Source: Lophium mytilinum (taxonomy: Eukaryota). Taken from it: 64,000 bases of DNA. The stretch covers positions 1,631,464 to 1,695,463 of the forward strand of contig MU004192.1 in the NCBI GenBank assembly GCA_010093605.1, given 5' to 3'. Each line of letters begins with the position of its first letter. The stretch's first letter is position 1. Shown in pieces: positions 26,239-38,514 of the stretch. The notes under the pieces are model-generated. The model saw nothing but the letters and a program-made list of their open reading frames with translations. It had not been told where the DNA came from and did not search any database. The translations under genes and the position numbers were made by a program.

Positions 26239-27372
26239 AGTTACAGATCTAACCGCGCGACTCCTTTTTAGTGGACGCGGAGGGGACGCAAAGGGGGGTA
26301 CGCAGCGTGCACATATTGCAGTTACTTTTCTGACCGTTTGCACGACCCTCTAAATCAAGCTCACGGTATAATGTTTAGAAGAGAGCGCTAGGGGTGTGTC
26401 TGTAGAGAATTTGCCTTCCTAGTTACAAGAAATTACATTTCTAACCGCGCAACTAGTTTTTTACTAGACGCGGAGGGCACGCGGAGTACTAATTTAGTAG
26501 CTACTTTTTTAACTGTTTGCCCGACCTTTTAAATTAAGCCTACGGAACTACATCTAGAAAAGGTCGCTGGGGTGTATTAGTAGAGATCCTGCCTCCTCTA
26601 GTTATAAAAAGTCACATTTCTAACCGCGTGTATTGGATTTGAATAGACGCGGAGGGCACGCGGCGTGCACCTATTACATAGTCGTTTCTCTCTAGTTTTC
26701 CGCAACCCCCTAAATCGGGCTCGAGGTATTAGGTTTAGAGGAGGGTACTGGGGCACCACCTACCTTCTTTAGTTACAAAGAGTCACATTTCTAACCGCGT
26801 AAAACGGTTTATGCTAGACGCGGAGGGTACCTAAAGGGGTACGCGGCGTGCACCTTTTATGGTCGCTTTCCTAGATGAAAGCAAGAGGCCGTAAATCGGG
26901 CTCCCTTTAAGAGACACGGTAGAATCTATGGAGCATTAACGTTAGGAACTGGAGGGCATAGTTACAAATAGTCACGTATTTAACCGCATGGATTGAAACT
27001 TCGTAGTTACCTTTCTAGACAACAGCAAGAGGCCCTAAACCGGTTGCAGTTAGAGGATTAGGAGAAGCTGCTGGAGCCACTCCGTCAAGAAGTAGATCCA
27101 TCCGGCTGTAAGTATTTACGGATTGAACCGCAGAAGAAGAAGTTCACACACACGGAGGGCACGTGAAGGGGTACGCGACGTGCACTTTTAACTGCACTTT
27201 TTCTTTCTCTCGGCAAGAGACTGGGGTCCAGATCACCGTCAAACGGATGGAAAGAACCCGCTGAAGTGTCTCTGCTGAGACTTACGATGTCCAGTTACAA
27301 GTTCTTACGGATCTAACCGCACGATACGAATCTGGTAGACGCGAAGGGCACGCAATGGGGTACGCGACGTAT
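26239..27372. repeat. Degenerate tandem array, 7 units of 144-192 bp, with conserved motif blocks
   Basis: AACCGC cores at 26251, 26443, 26622, 26793, 26982, 27126, 27315; recurring blocks AGTTACAA, GACGCGGAGGGCACG, GGGGTACGCGGCGTGCAC; no ORF >=60 aa in any frame. Confidence 0.9.
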
Positions 27373-27766
27373 GTTAAGATTTTTGGTGCAAAGAATTACG
27401 AGCGGAAACGTGTGAACCGGACTTAGGTTCACTCGTAGGGCGCTTTGCAGGTACGCCCGTACAGCATGTCGTGCTTAGCGTGCATGTGGCTGTAAGGGTA
27501 AATAACTGTACTGGAAGCTGATGAGAGAGATCTCTATTGGCTAGAATAGCCTTTGCAGGGCTAAAAAGCCTTTCGTCACGCAGCGTTCACGAAATACACT
27601 AACCACGAGATACGGCAAGATGCTCTATGCTGCGAAATGGCCTAATCAAGCCCGGGGCGGGAAGGTGCGTAACAGGTAATACTGCAGGCACCCCCGCATA
27701 TGTACGACCTATAATGTTCTTTCCTATGCATCTTCGACTCTTCAACCTCTTGTCCACATTTCCAGT

Positions 27767-29534
27767 ATGTGGTCTAGTCCGTTGATCCGTGGTGTAACGG
27801 CTGTTATCCTCTGCATTAGAAGTTTTGCCTATGAATACACCGAGCCAGAGAGTCTTGACGTCGATCATGCTCTAACAAACCTGGGAATCTCTCCAGAGGA
27901 GTATGTTCGTTTGCCGAACAACACATGTTCTTCTGCGGTCAGTCGACTCATACCTCCTAGATCAAAGCGTTGTTCACTATGTGCTTACATCCATTGCAGT
28001 GCGCATTGCTCGCGTCCGTCTTCAAGACTAAAACTATTCCGCATGGGTCGCCCGCAATCCCCGAGTGGACATCCAGCTTCTGGGCTGCCCAACAAGCTGC
28101 GGTGACGCCATTTTGCATCTTCCAACCCAGCAACAGCAAAGAAGTTGCCATAGCCGTGCTCGTATCTAGACGGTTCGGATGCTCGTTTGCTGTGAAAAGC
28201 GGAGGTCATGCAGCCTTCGCAGGTGCTTCGAATGTCGACGGTGGTATCACCATTGACCTTGCTCAGTTGAACGCAATCGAGCTTACGAGAGACCGGAAGA
28301 TCGCAAGGGTAGGCACTGGAAATACGTGGTATCAGGTTTACACCGCCCTTGAAGCAGATCAACTGGCCGTGATTGGGGGACGAGTGGCTGATATTGGAGT
28401 CGGCGGCTTAACGTTAGGAGGTATGATGATCATCCACTCTAGCTCCGTTTCGTTATCCTCTTATTCTTATCAGAATCAAGGTGGCATCTCTTTCTTCTCC
28501 GGCTCCCGCGGCTGGGCCTGCGACAACGTCGCCAACTACGAGCTCGTCACCGCCGCGGGCTCCATTCTACAAGTCAACCGAGAGTCCTACCCAGATCTCT
28601 ACTGGGCTCTTCGCGGTGGCGGCAGCAACTTCGGCATCGTAACGCGCTTCGATCTCGAGACCTTCCCGCAAGGGCCCATATGGGGCGGTAGTCGGCTCTA
28701 CAACGCCACAACATACGGTTCCGCTCTCATCAAGGCATTCGTAGGCTTCGGAAATAACCCAGACGAGCACGCGGCTACCTGGCTTTCTTTTGCTAAGTTC
28801 CAAGGCGCTATGATTATGAGCATCTTACTTATGCATTCAACCCCTGTCCCGGATCCTCCGATCTTTGGTGCCTATAAGGCAATCCCTAGTCTTACCGACA
28901 CTACTAAGATCCGAACCCTAGCAGATTTGACCGTTGAAGTAAACTCTAGCAATCCGAAAGGACTGCGGGAATCATACTGGATGCACACGTTCAAAGCCGA
29001 TGCCCAGCTCATCGAGTTCATGACTGCGACGTATCTCGAGGAGATCTCGCCCGTGCAGGACGTAGCGGGGTTGGAGTACCCCATCGCTCTGCAACTCATC
29101 ACGAAGGAGACGCTTTTGAAGATGCAGCGTAATGGTGGAAACGCGACGCCGCTTCCCAAAGAGGCGGACGAAGGCCCTTTCCTGATCATGCAGCTCTGTC
29201 CCATGTGGCTGGCGCGGCAAGATGACGAGGCGGTCATTGGGTCCATTGTGAGGATTATGGATAAGGTAGTTGAAAGAGCGAAGGAGAAGGGGCTATATCG
29301 GGAGTATATCTGTGAGTTGGTCCCAAGAAAAGACGATCTAGAATTGAGAGCGCTGATGAAGAGGCAGACATGAACTACGGGAGCGAGTACCAAGATGTGC
29401 TGGGCAGTTATGGCGATGAGAACTATGAGAGGCTGGAGAGGATTGCGAAGAGATATGATCCGAGGGGTGTCTTTCAGACGCTGAATAAGGGGTATTTCAA
29501 ATTTGGGGGATCGCCGAAGGGGAGTTCGCTCTGA
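27767..29534 (+). CDS. Probably secreted FAD-linked oxidoreductase (FAD_binding_4 + BBE domain); exons 27767-27937, 28000-28420, 28481-29311, 29368-29534
   Basis: Hydrophobic N-terminus, FAVKSGGH (His typical of covalent FAD attachment), GVGGLTLGGG, DLYWALRGGGSNFGIVT, C-terminal YMNY...KRYDP. Three canonical introns keep frame. Confidence 0.9.
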
Positions 29535-30264
29535 GTTTTCGTTTGCGGGCAAAGCGGGCAGCGCTCGACTCTGGATCGGGCAGCTAGCATAGCATGTCGA
29601 TTCAAAGATAACTTTTACCTCTAATTTCGTGCACGTTCGGCAGTCTACACTTACAGTAGAGTAACTAGGCCTAGACTGAAAAGTGTTAGGATTGCGAACT
29701 GATGTCACTTGACCGCACGTTCTCCGCTGCCTCCCTACCCCCCTTTCTCTTTCATCTCTAGGTCCTGACATCTAGATCAAACACCATCGTGGTACGGGCC
29801 CTCTCGATTGAGTCTTGATGCCCTGGAGAGAGTCCGTGGGAGTCAGGGAGTCTTCGATGGAGAAAGCTCAAGCCACGTTGCCGCACGGACCTTTTGCTCG
29901 TTAGACGATCGCTGGCTGCCTTTGCGTGCACCATCGACAATCCATCACATGAAGACGCCGTGCATATCAGAATCCATCTCTCTTCGCAGTTCAGACTGAA
30001 TCTGTTCTCTTGACATCCCAGGATTTGCCCGGCCGCGTCGTCAATATAAGCCACAGTTCGACGTAAGCTCATGTGTACGAAGTTTGTACGAGATTGGTAC
30101 GACCTTCGCACGATAGTAGAGGTTGTATATTCTTTATATCAATCAGCTCCCGTCCATACAATTGATCATTAGTTCTCTTTTCTTTGAATCACCCGAATCG
30201 TCATACCAGTCAATTCCTAAAAGTTCATTCTTGCTGCCCGCAAAAGCCACCATCCGATCCGAAA

Positions 30265-31524
30265 ATGGCGCAAACTACTCCATCCACTCAAAAGAATATT
30301 ATTATCCTCGGTGGTTCATACGGTGGCATATCCTCTACTCATTACATCCTCAAACATGTCGTTCCCGCCTTACCATCGAGTTCATCCTACCAAGTTGTCC
30401 TCGTCAGCACCTCCACGCAAGCAATGTGCCGCCCCGCCTGCCCTCGCGCCCTGATCTCAGACGACTTTTTCGACCAACAGAAACTCTTCGTTGATATCAC
30501 AAAGGGCTTTGAGCAATATCCCAACTCGAGTTTTCGCTTTGTCCACGGCACTGCCACATCACTCGACCACACCGCTCGGACAGTCTCCGTGAGCGTAGCA
30601 GCAGACAACTCCATTGAGTCCTTCGCCTACCACGCTCTCGTCATCGCCACCGGTGCATCAACTCCATCTCCTCTTTTCGGCCTGAATCAGGGCGAAACAA
30701 TTCTGCGCGAATCCTGGGCCGCATTCCGCAAAGCCCTACCCGCCGCCAAGACCATCATCATCGCCGGCGGCGGTCCCGCAGGGATTGAGACAGCCGGCGA
30801 ACTGGGCGAGTACCTCAATGGCCGCGCCGGGTGGTTCAGCTCCAATCTCGCGAATCCGAAAGTGGCCATCACCGTCGTGACAGCCGACTCGAAAATCCTG
30901 CCCGCGCTCCGGGCCAGCATCGCGGCGAAAGCGGAAGTGCAGCTTGCGAAAGTGGGTGTGACTGTGATTAAGAACGCGCGTGTCACAAACGCTGTCCCAA
31001 TTGGTGGGGCTGCGGGTGCAGACAGAGTGAGCAAGACGACGGTGACGCTATCAGATGGCCAGACGATGGAGGCGGATCTGTACATCCCTGCGACGGGGTT
31101 GATCCCGAACACTAATTTCGTCGCCAAGGAGCTCCTCACCTCCAACGGGCGTGTGGAGACGAGTTCGACTACACTGCGGGTCGAGAAAGCTGGACCGCGC
31201 GTCTATGCCGTTGGTGATGTGTCCTCGGCAGCGCGCCCAGCTATCCACATTCTGATGGAAGCCATTCCGGTCCTCTGCGCGAATTTGAAGCGCGATCTAC
31301 TCCTCGACGCTGGGAAAACAGAAAGCGAAGTTGGTGCGGAGAGAACTTTCAAAGAAGACACGAGCGAAACGCAGATGGTGGCTATTGGGACGAAAAAGGG
31401 TGTTGGGGCTGCAATGGGGTGGCAACTACCGAGTTTCATGGTGTGGTTGATCAAGGGAAGAGACTACTGGCTGTGGACGACTGGCAATCTGTGGAGTGGG
31501 AAACAGTGGACGAAGGAGACTTGA
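30265..31524 (+). CDS. AIF/AMID (FSP1-like) FAD/NAD(P)H oxidoreductase
   Basis: Two Rossmann motifs (ILGGSYGG, IAGGGPAGIETAGEL), LVIATGA, RVYAVGD, C-terminal WLIKGRDY. First ATG at 30265. Confidence 0.88.
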   Translation: MAQTTPSTQKNIIILGGSYGGISSTHYILKHVVPALPSSSSYQVVLVSTSTQAMCRPACPRALISDDFFDQQKLFVDITKGFEQYPNSSFRFVHGTATSLDHTARTVSVSVAADNSIESFAYHALVIATGASTPSPLFGLNQGETILRESWAAFRKALPAAKTIIIAGGGPAGIETAGELGEYLNGRAGWFSSNLANPKVAITVVTADSKILPALRASIAAKAEVQLAKVGVTVIKNARVTNAVPIGGAAGADRVSKTTVTLSDGQTMEADLYIPATGLIPNTNFVAKELLTSNGRVETSSTTLRVEKAGPRVYAVGDVSSAARPAIHILMEAIPVLCANLKRDLLLDAGKTESEVGAERTFKEDTSETQMVAIGTKKGVGAAMGWQLPSFMVWLIKGRDYWLWTTGNLWSGKQWTKET

Positions 31525-31859
31525 AGAATTATAATTCCCGGGAGATTCCCGCCTTTTCCAAGCTCTTTTAGGTGGCCCTGGAGAACATGCTGCTGTCCCT
31601 ATGGTTGCGCTATTGTTTTACCTCATTAGATCCGACTTTTTGCAACTTCTATGAAAGTTTCTGCGTACATGCCATTCTTTTCCTCCATATTCTCCTCCTC
31701 AAATCTGATACTCCCTTATTTCTCCCTTACCTCCGCCGCTTCGCAGCTAGCGCTGATACAACTCTTCGGAAATAAGGTGTAGACAAAACAGGTCAAGCAG
31801 ACACAGGCGCGACACCATAAAATGCTTAAAAGTGAAATGAAATCGAGGAGCCTTGTCAA

Positions 31860-34800
31860 TCATCTTGTGCCTGCTGCAACTTTCGAGAATGTCATGTTAT
31901 AGATCTCTTTTGTCAGTATCGAGCCCGATCCACTGCAATTTCCGCCTTCGTTTTCCAAGTATTCGGCCACTTCTACACGGCCCAATGCCGTCGCGATGTC
32001 CAGCGCTGTGCCAAGTCTAGAGCACACCAAATTGAGTTCCGCTCCGAGCGCAATTAGACACTTGACTGTGTCTAGCTTAGCGGAAGATACAGCCGCTACC
32101 AACGGTGTACCAAGTACGGTCCCAAGTCCGAAACATGATTTATTGATCGTCGCCCCAAGCTGATGGAGGACTTTGACCATCTTCGTATGGCCAAGAAAGG
32201 AAGCAACCCAGATCATTGGCGGGCCTGGGTCGTGATCATCCGGGTTCGCGGCGCGCGTGAGGATTGACTCGATGGTATCCTTGTGCTCATCTTGAACAAT
32301 CCTGAGCAGTGCTCGGTATGATATGAAAGAGGGACATCCGAGCTGCCCTTCCCTTTTAAGGAGAGAGCGGACTAGAGCATAATTCTTCCAATGAGCAGCT
32401 TGAGTGAACAGCGCCGATGCATCGGCGCCGTCTAACTTGAGAGAAGGCCTCGCGTCTAGTAATATTCGAAAGCACTCGACTACGTCTGCGTTGAGCAAAG
32501 ACGGGGGGGTGTGTACTATTCCGAGCATGATCACCTCATTGACGTTTGCTCCTTGCTTTAAGAGGGTTTCAAGTACCGAGAGATGTCCTTCGTGAAGGGC
32601 CCAGTCCATTGGTCGTCGTCCGGTGTCATCCTCGACATTCACTATTTCGGCGAGATCAAAGGAGTCAATAGGAAGCTGCACGCTTGACAAGGCTTCGTAA
32701 ATGCCTCGAGATAGGAATGAAAGGTACTCATCCGAAAGACGAGCGCGGTTGTAGAGACGCGCGAGAAGCGTGAAATCCATACGCTCTGGATTCCTGAAGT
32801 CTAGCTTCTCTCCTAGAACGCTCTCCTCTAGATTCCATATTGAGAATATCTTCTTGGGCGGTAGCGCTTCGAAATCTCCATCTGTCAGGTAATAGTCTGG
32901 GGTCTGAAAAGAGTCGCTCGCAGCTAGAGAGGTTGTGGGAGAATGTTTTGGGTGGGTGTACCGATAATCTTTCAAGCTACCACCCCTAGATAGGAGCAAG
33001 TCATATATCGAACTGTGTTTTCGATGCCATGCCTCACTCAAAGGGGTAGATCTATAATAGTTAGGATAGAATTCCCGCGTTTCGATCTCGGATGAGGCAT
33101 TCACCGACGCTCCTGAATCGAGTAAAATCCTGACTGCTTCTTCGTTTCCAGCCCAGACTGCCACGTGTAAAGGGGTATGGCGGTTATAATCCGACATATT
33201 CGCTCCTATGCCTGCATTGAGGAGCTTCGAAAGCATCTCATTCAGACCATAATAAGCAGCAAATTGTAATGGACCCATATTACCGATACGGCCAATGTTG
33301 AAAGCTTCCTCGGACTGCACAAGGAGAAAGGCGGTTAATTTAGGCCCAAAAGCAACATTACGTATCTCCGCAGGTGTTTGCTGTACATCTTCTAAGCACA
33401 AACGAAGAAGAAGATCCCAGGGTTTTGCTTCTCCCGCTCGTTGTGTATGCATTATAGCATAAGTAGAGGCATAGCGTGCGAAGGGCTGTTCTGAAAGATA
33501 TGACCACGCTCTTGCTCGATATACCACCGGGGCGCCTCCCGAAAATAATTGCCCACGGCGAATCTGAGTTGGAATCTGGTAGAAACTGGTTGATAGCAAG
33601 TACGTCAAGCATGTTGCGGCTATATCTGAGTGAGCTGCAGACGCTTCCTGGGGTTTTCCGTCGAAATAGGCTTGCGCGGTTTCATGTACAGGGCGAACGA
33701 CTTGAGCTTCTCTGTCTAGCTGAATCAGACCCGCACAAGCAGAAATGACGTATTCGGGTTCATCCACGCGATCTTGCTGGATATCAGTATCTCCAGCAAC
33801 AATGACCATTGCGTACTGGAAGTCCTTCAAGCTGAGCGGTTCGCGGGCAAAATAAACCCATTGCAAGGCGCGAAGAGCAAGCTCAACATCCTCTGGGTGT
33901 TGCGTCCGAATCCGTAGTAAGGCATCTCCGTAGGTCTGATCGAGGGTTTTCGGGAGCTCGGTGATAGCTTCGTTGACTGCCCATCTGCTCCGCTTAGCTT
34001 TGCGCTCCAACAAATCCATGTGCAGCCTTGCAAGCAAGAACCTAGTCTCTTGTGATCAGCACAATAGCACGGAAAAGAAGAACGAGAAAAGCTGAGTAAC
34101 CCACATTCCCCCTGAGCTGTTTTTCAGCGTGTGTTTGATCTTTTGTTCCAGTGCGGCATCGGCTTGACAATGTTTCCCGAGGTACCGGTCACGCTTGATA
34201 CGATCGGCCACATATTTGTCCACATCCTCTTCTCTAGCCCAAATCTCTAACCGAAGAGCATTCTCGATGCTTGATTCAATACTAGGAATGTCCCGAGAAG
34301 TAAGAAACAAATGCACGTTAGGAGGGAGTGCTTGCAATATCTCTAATAGATCATCTCTTGTAAGGTTTTCTTGGTCACACTCATCCAAAGCATCTAGTAT
34401 GATATACGCTCTACGGAAAGAGCGTACCTGATCAGCTAGTAGTTTAGACAACTCCTTGATGCTAGCGGCTGTGTTCTGATAAGAATTCCGCCATAGATTT
34501 TCTACGGCTTTCCAAGCTTGGGGTTGTCCGCGAGCCGCAGATGTGTGCACCAACTGTTCGATGAGACTACCGAGGAGGTTTTGAAGTGTCTGAACTTTAC
34601 GTTGTTTGTAATCGCAGTAAGCCCACGCAAGTCCAACAGAAGGAGCCTCGTCCGAGAGCATTTGGATGTGTTCGATGACGATGGATGCTAACACTGTTTT
34701 CCCCGATCCTGGGATTCCTGGACAAAATAGAACTCTCTTGGATCCGTTGAGCCAGGATTCGAATTTTGGACTTCGGAGGATCCATAGACCCGTCGCTTCT

Positions 34801-35530
34801 AGACGAGCATTCAAGGTGTCTTTCTGCTTGCTATAGAAATTAACAGGCGATAGCCACGCAGACAACTTCTCATTTTTTGCGTTCTGTTTTCGAGCTGTTG
34901 CCGATATATTAGCATAACTTTAATCATAATCTGCCGTAGAGCTTTCAGGGTAGAAAACCCGGCACAAGACAGTCTAATGGACTTCATACCCTCGGTTTGT
35001 GCACGAGCGCTCTCATTCCGCGATATTTGCTGTTCAAATGCATCCTGTATACCAGAAATACGAGCTACTATCAGTTGCGTATCGCCTTTGATTGCTTTTG
35101 ATAACGCCACATGGTCGTTATCGAGGGCGAGTGATAGTAAGGACTTTTGACGCTCGATCACGGCTATCAACTTCTCCACTTCGTGCTCCTTGAAGGGCCA
35201 GCTAAATGACTTTGTGAATTCTCTAAAGCCAGGCGAAGAGGACTTCTCAATCCCGATTTTTCGAACCGTCTCGTTGAGGGTTTGTCTCAAAAGAGCCAAA
35301 GGTCCTTCAGGATACGTAAGGCTACTGATTGTCTCGGTCCAGCCCCTCGTGCAAGCATCATCTGAGGTGTCCTGGAGAGTCTCTAGCACCCCGCGAAGCG
35401 AGCTGAGTTCGAGGATGAGCTTTCTGCGATCTTTTGTGGCCCCCGAAACGCCGCGAAGGTACTGCAGCGTTTTGGCCGACAGTTGCAGTATGGCGATGAT
35501 ACTAGCGGTCGCGCTCAGGGGGTCTGCCAT
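31860..35530 (-). CDS. Fungal NLR: HeLo-like N-terminal domain + NACHT + ankyrin repeats; exons 35530-34990, 34894-34105, 34041-31860
   Basis: N-terminal MADPLSATASIIAILQL...WPFKEHEV..IERQKSLLSLAL, Walker A GIPGSGKT, Walker B ILDALDEC, LTSR, GM|FLLARL, ankyrin repeats (TPLHVAVWAGN, RPMDWALHEGH, TPLVAAV, TALDIA). Both introns canonical and in frame. Confidence 0.92.
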
Positions 35531-36091
35531 AGAATAATCGAATGTAATTGGAACACTGCAAAGGGGCACTCTGCATTTTCTTTAGTATATTAGAGCGGCA
35601 TGAGAAAAATCGAGGAGGAGTCAGGCTAGATAAAGAGCTGCCATCACTGCTGACCGGTCAGTGGCTGTGCAGGTCAGTATGCTTAGGTAGCTGCCTGCTG
35701 CATCCGCAGGCAAGGTTGCTGCGCCTCCACGCCTCCTTGCCTAGCTGCAGCCTTCTATATTCATGGGCGGATTACACGATGCCACTTAGGAGTATGAAAT
35801 AAGAGAAAATCAGGGGCACCATCTAACTCGACTTTACTTTGAATACCAAAGCTACTTATCTAGGTCAGGATGTTGGTAATATTGGGAAGAGTCGTTTTTT
35901 CTGCCATTCTATACACCATATTCGAAGAGAAATTGATGAGAATATCCAATCGTATCATTTACAGTAGTTAGGGTCCCCAAGTTCATTTGCCCGCATTCCT
36001 TAGCTGTGCTGTGTAATCAAATTACGCTTCACTGTTTTCCTTTTCCAATTCGAAATCCAGATCGGAACAGAGCTCTAGTCCCCTAACCAGC

Positions 36092-38086
36092 TTAAAGCAG
36101 ATGCGTCGTATTGAACAAACGATTCCCAGTAGCAGTACCTCCGCGTCCCGTATACTTATTCTGCGAAACTCGTAGCGCCACCAGACTGATCCTACCATAG
36201 CCGCTGAGTCTACGCTTCAAACTGTTCGGATCTTCTGAGAGAGTCCCCTCTTGGACCACCCCCGCCACAATGACGATGCGAACAGTAGCATGCAGCTCCC
36301 GGACTCGCTTCCCAAACTCCAAGATGGAATTCCCGCTGTTGATGACACAGTCCACTAGCACGACGGTGATTTGCCCTTCTACGTGCTCCGGCTTGACATC
36401 TTTGGCCTCCTTCGCATGCAAGAATCCAGAGCTTGGGAAGGCTTCGTTGACACCAAATGCCATGGGTTCACCGCCGCGCATTAGCGGCACGATCAATGTC
36501 TGACTCTCGTGGTAGAGGCGGTATCCTATCGTTATGTTGCCTTGGACGTGCTGGATAGGGTATTCTTCCACGCCAATCAACTCCGAAAGGAATTCAGTAG
36601 CGATGTACCATCCAATGCGCAAATGGGCTTCTCGAAGAATCGGCCCAGAAAAAGCAACACACCTCGTTGCCGTCATTAAAAGCTTTGTAGTGGGCTTTTC
36701 CGTGGCGTGGAATATTCTGACATCGGACTTGGATGGCCAGAAACCGAGGGAATCGACGAACTCTGGCGAAGTGATTCGGACGAGAGGCATCTAATCTGGG
36801 CAGCACGGTGCTTGGTAAGACAACTTGGCGGGCTTTCAGACCATTTTCATCGACGGCAACCCTCAAGGCCTCATCCATGGTCTTACTTCTCGTCTCCTCA
36901 GCTCCGACGACCACGACCGCTTCATCCGCCGCTTTGAGCATGGGAATGTCGAGTGGACTATCTCCAAAGGCCCAGACCTTAGTCAACCCCATACTGGTCC
37001 TCTGCAAATGAGACACTATGGTAGCTGTTAAAGCAGGCGTCACGACGTAGCCATTCGAGACCCGGCCTCCACCGATCACCTTGACGGTATCTGATAGTCC
37101 CTCCCGTATCAGCACCTCTTCCCAGACACGACGCAGGCCTCAGCTCACGATGACCGCGCCGACGTGATCTTGTCCTGCTATGTAGTGTAGCAGGGACACG
37201 GATTCCGGATACATCGTTACCTCGTGGGCTACATCACGACATACGGTATCAAATACCTCATCGTCCACAGCCTCTTCGTAAAGCAGGGTTGCTTGGCAGA
37301 ATGCAGCATATGAGTACCCCATAGGACCACCGAACAACTCTTTCAACGGACATTCCTTCGCGCTCTCGCGTCTGACCTGGACCAGCTTCTCCCAGAACAA
37401 CGACCCCGTATCTTGGGGCGCGAAGTTCCGGTCCCCATCGATGACCAACACACTTGCCGGCGGTCCGTTAGGGAACTGGTTCTCCATCACCTCATGAAGA
37501 ACTCCTTCTACAACTTCCGTATTGTGCTCCTCATTGTGCGCCTGGAAGTCCTGAACCAACCTCACTACGTCCCCCAGCACGCCCTCCTGCCTCGAAAGCC
37601 GCGCGAACAAGATCCCATGTTTCCGACAGAGATCCCGCAACTGTCCCTTCTCCACATGCTGCCACTTCCCTAGATGATCCACCGAACACCTCAACCGCTC
37701 TCGCGTCGTATCAGCCTCCTGCCGCGCCTTGATCACGGCAGGAGGCGCGTCCAGGTACAGGTGTGCGTGTAGGTATTCAGGTCGGTCTTAGTACAGCAAT
37801 AACTCGGCCCCTTTTTCTCGGCCCAGAACATGTAGTGGCCGGCCACGGCGCCCGTTTTGCCGCTCTCGGCGCATTGTGTGCGGATTTTGTCGATGGCGCG
37901 TTTGCGGTACTCTGTCTTTTTCTCGTTCTGGGAGGGCGTGGAAGGCGGGAGGCCGTAGATTCCTATTATGGTTGGGTTGGGGGAAGGGGTGGATGAGGAT
38001 GCGGTCGATGAGGTGGGTGTTTGGGGATTGGATGATGTAGGGGGGCGAGTGGAGGTTGATGGTGCGTCTGAGGATTTAGTGGACAT
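36092..38086 (-). pseudogene. Disrupted P-loop kinase / HAD phosphatase / uracil phosphoribosyltransferase fusion
   Basis: IIGIYGLP with the rest of Walker A missing; HAD motifs VIDGDR and AFGDSPLDIPML; PRTase LMRGGEPM, VLVDCVINSG, GRGGTATGNRLFNTT. Frameshift near 37760, in-frame TGA at 37140-37142, frameshift near 36790. Confidence 0.82.
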
Positions 38087-38514
38087 AGTGGGAATGCCTG
38101 GTAAAAGATGAGTAGTAATCCACAGCTTGACGATTTGCTCGAGCCTACTGAGGTGAGATTCCGGACGTTAGATCGGTAGGAAGTTAGAAGATTGCTGCGA
38201 TGCGCTTCAATTTTAAGCTTGGCTCATCTTTGTATTTATCCGCCTGCTGTGGCAAACAAGATACGCAAGGAGGGCTTTGTGGTATGTTAGAAAGTTCTCC
38301 TATTGACTAAGAACTGCAGACAAACGGGCTAAACAGCACGGTGTCTTTCTATATAGAGCGCCTAAACTCCATTCAAACAAACCGGACATACTTCCTAACC
38401 CTTCCATCCAAAGAGAAGCCTCCCGAAACGCCCATATCCAAGATCAAATATGCCGCCATCTTCTTCCTAACTGCGTTCTTACGACATACCTCAGACTCGG
38501 AACTCCCTGGCCCC

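Noticed and set aside
26239..27372. CRISPR array interpretation
   Set aside because: Eukaryotic context, no cas genes, repeats are not identical, units are 144-192 bp and inter-motif segments are partly homologous.
28872..29771. 299-aa antisense ORF and similar shadow ORFs across the window
   Set aside because: They overlap well-supported genes on the opposite strand and have no motifs.
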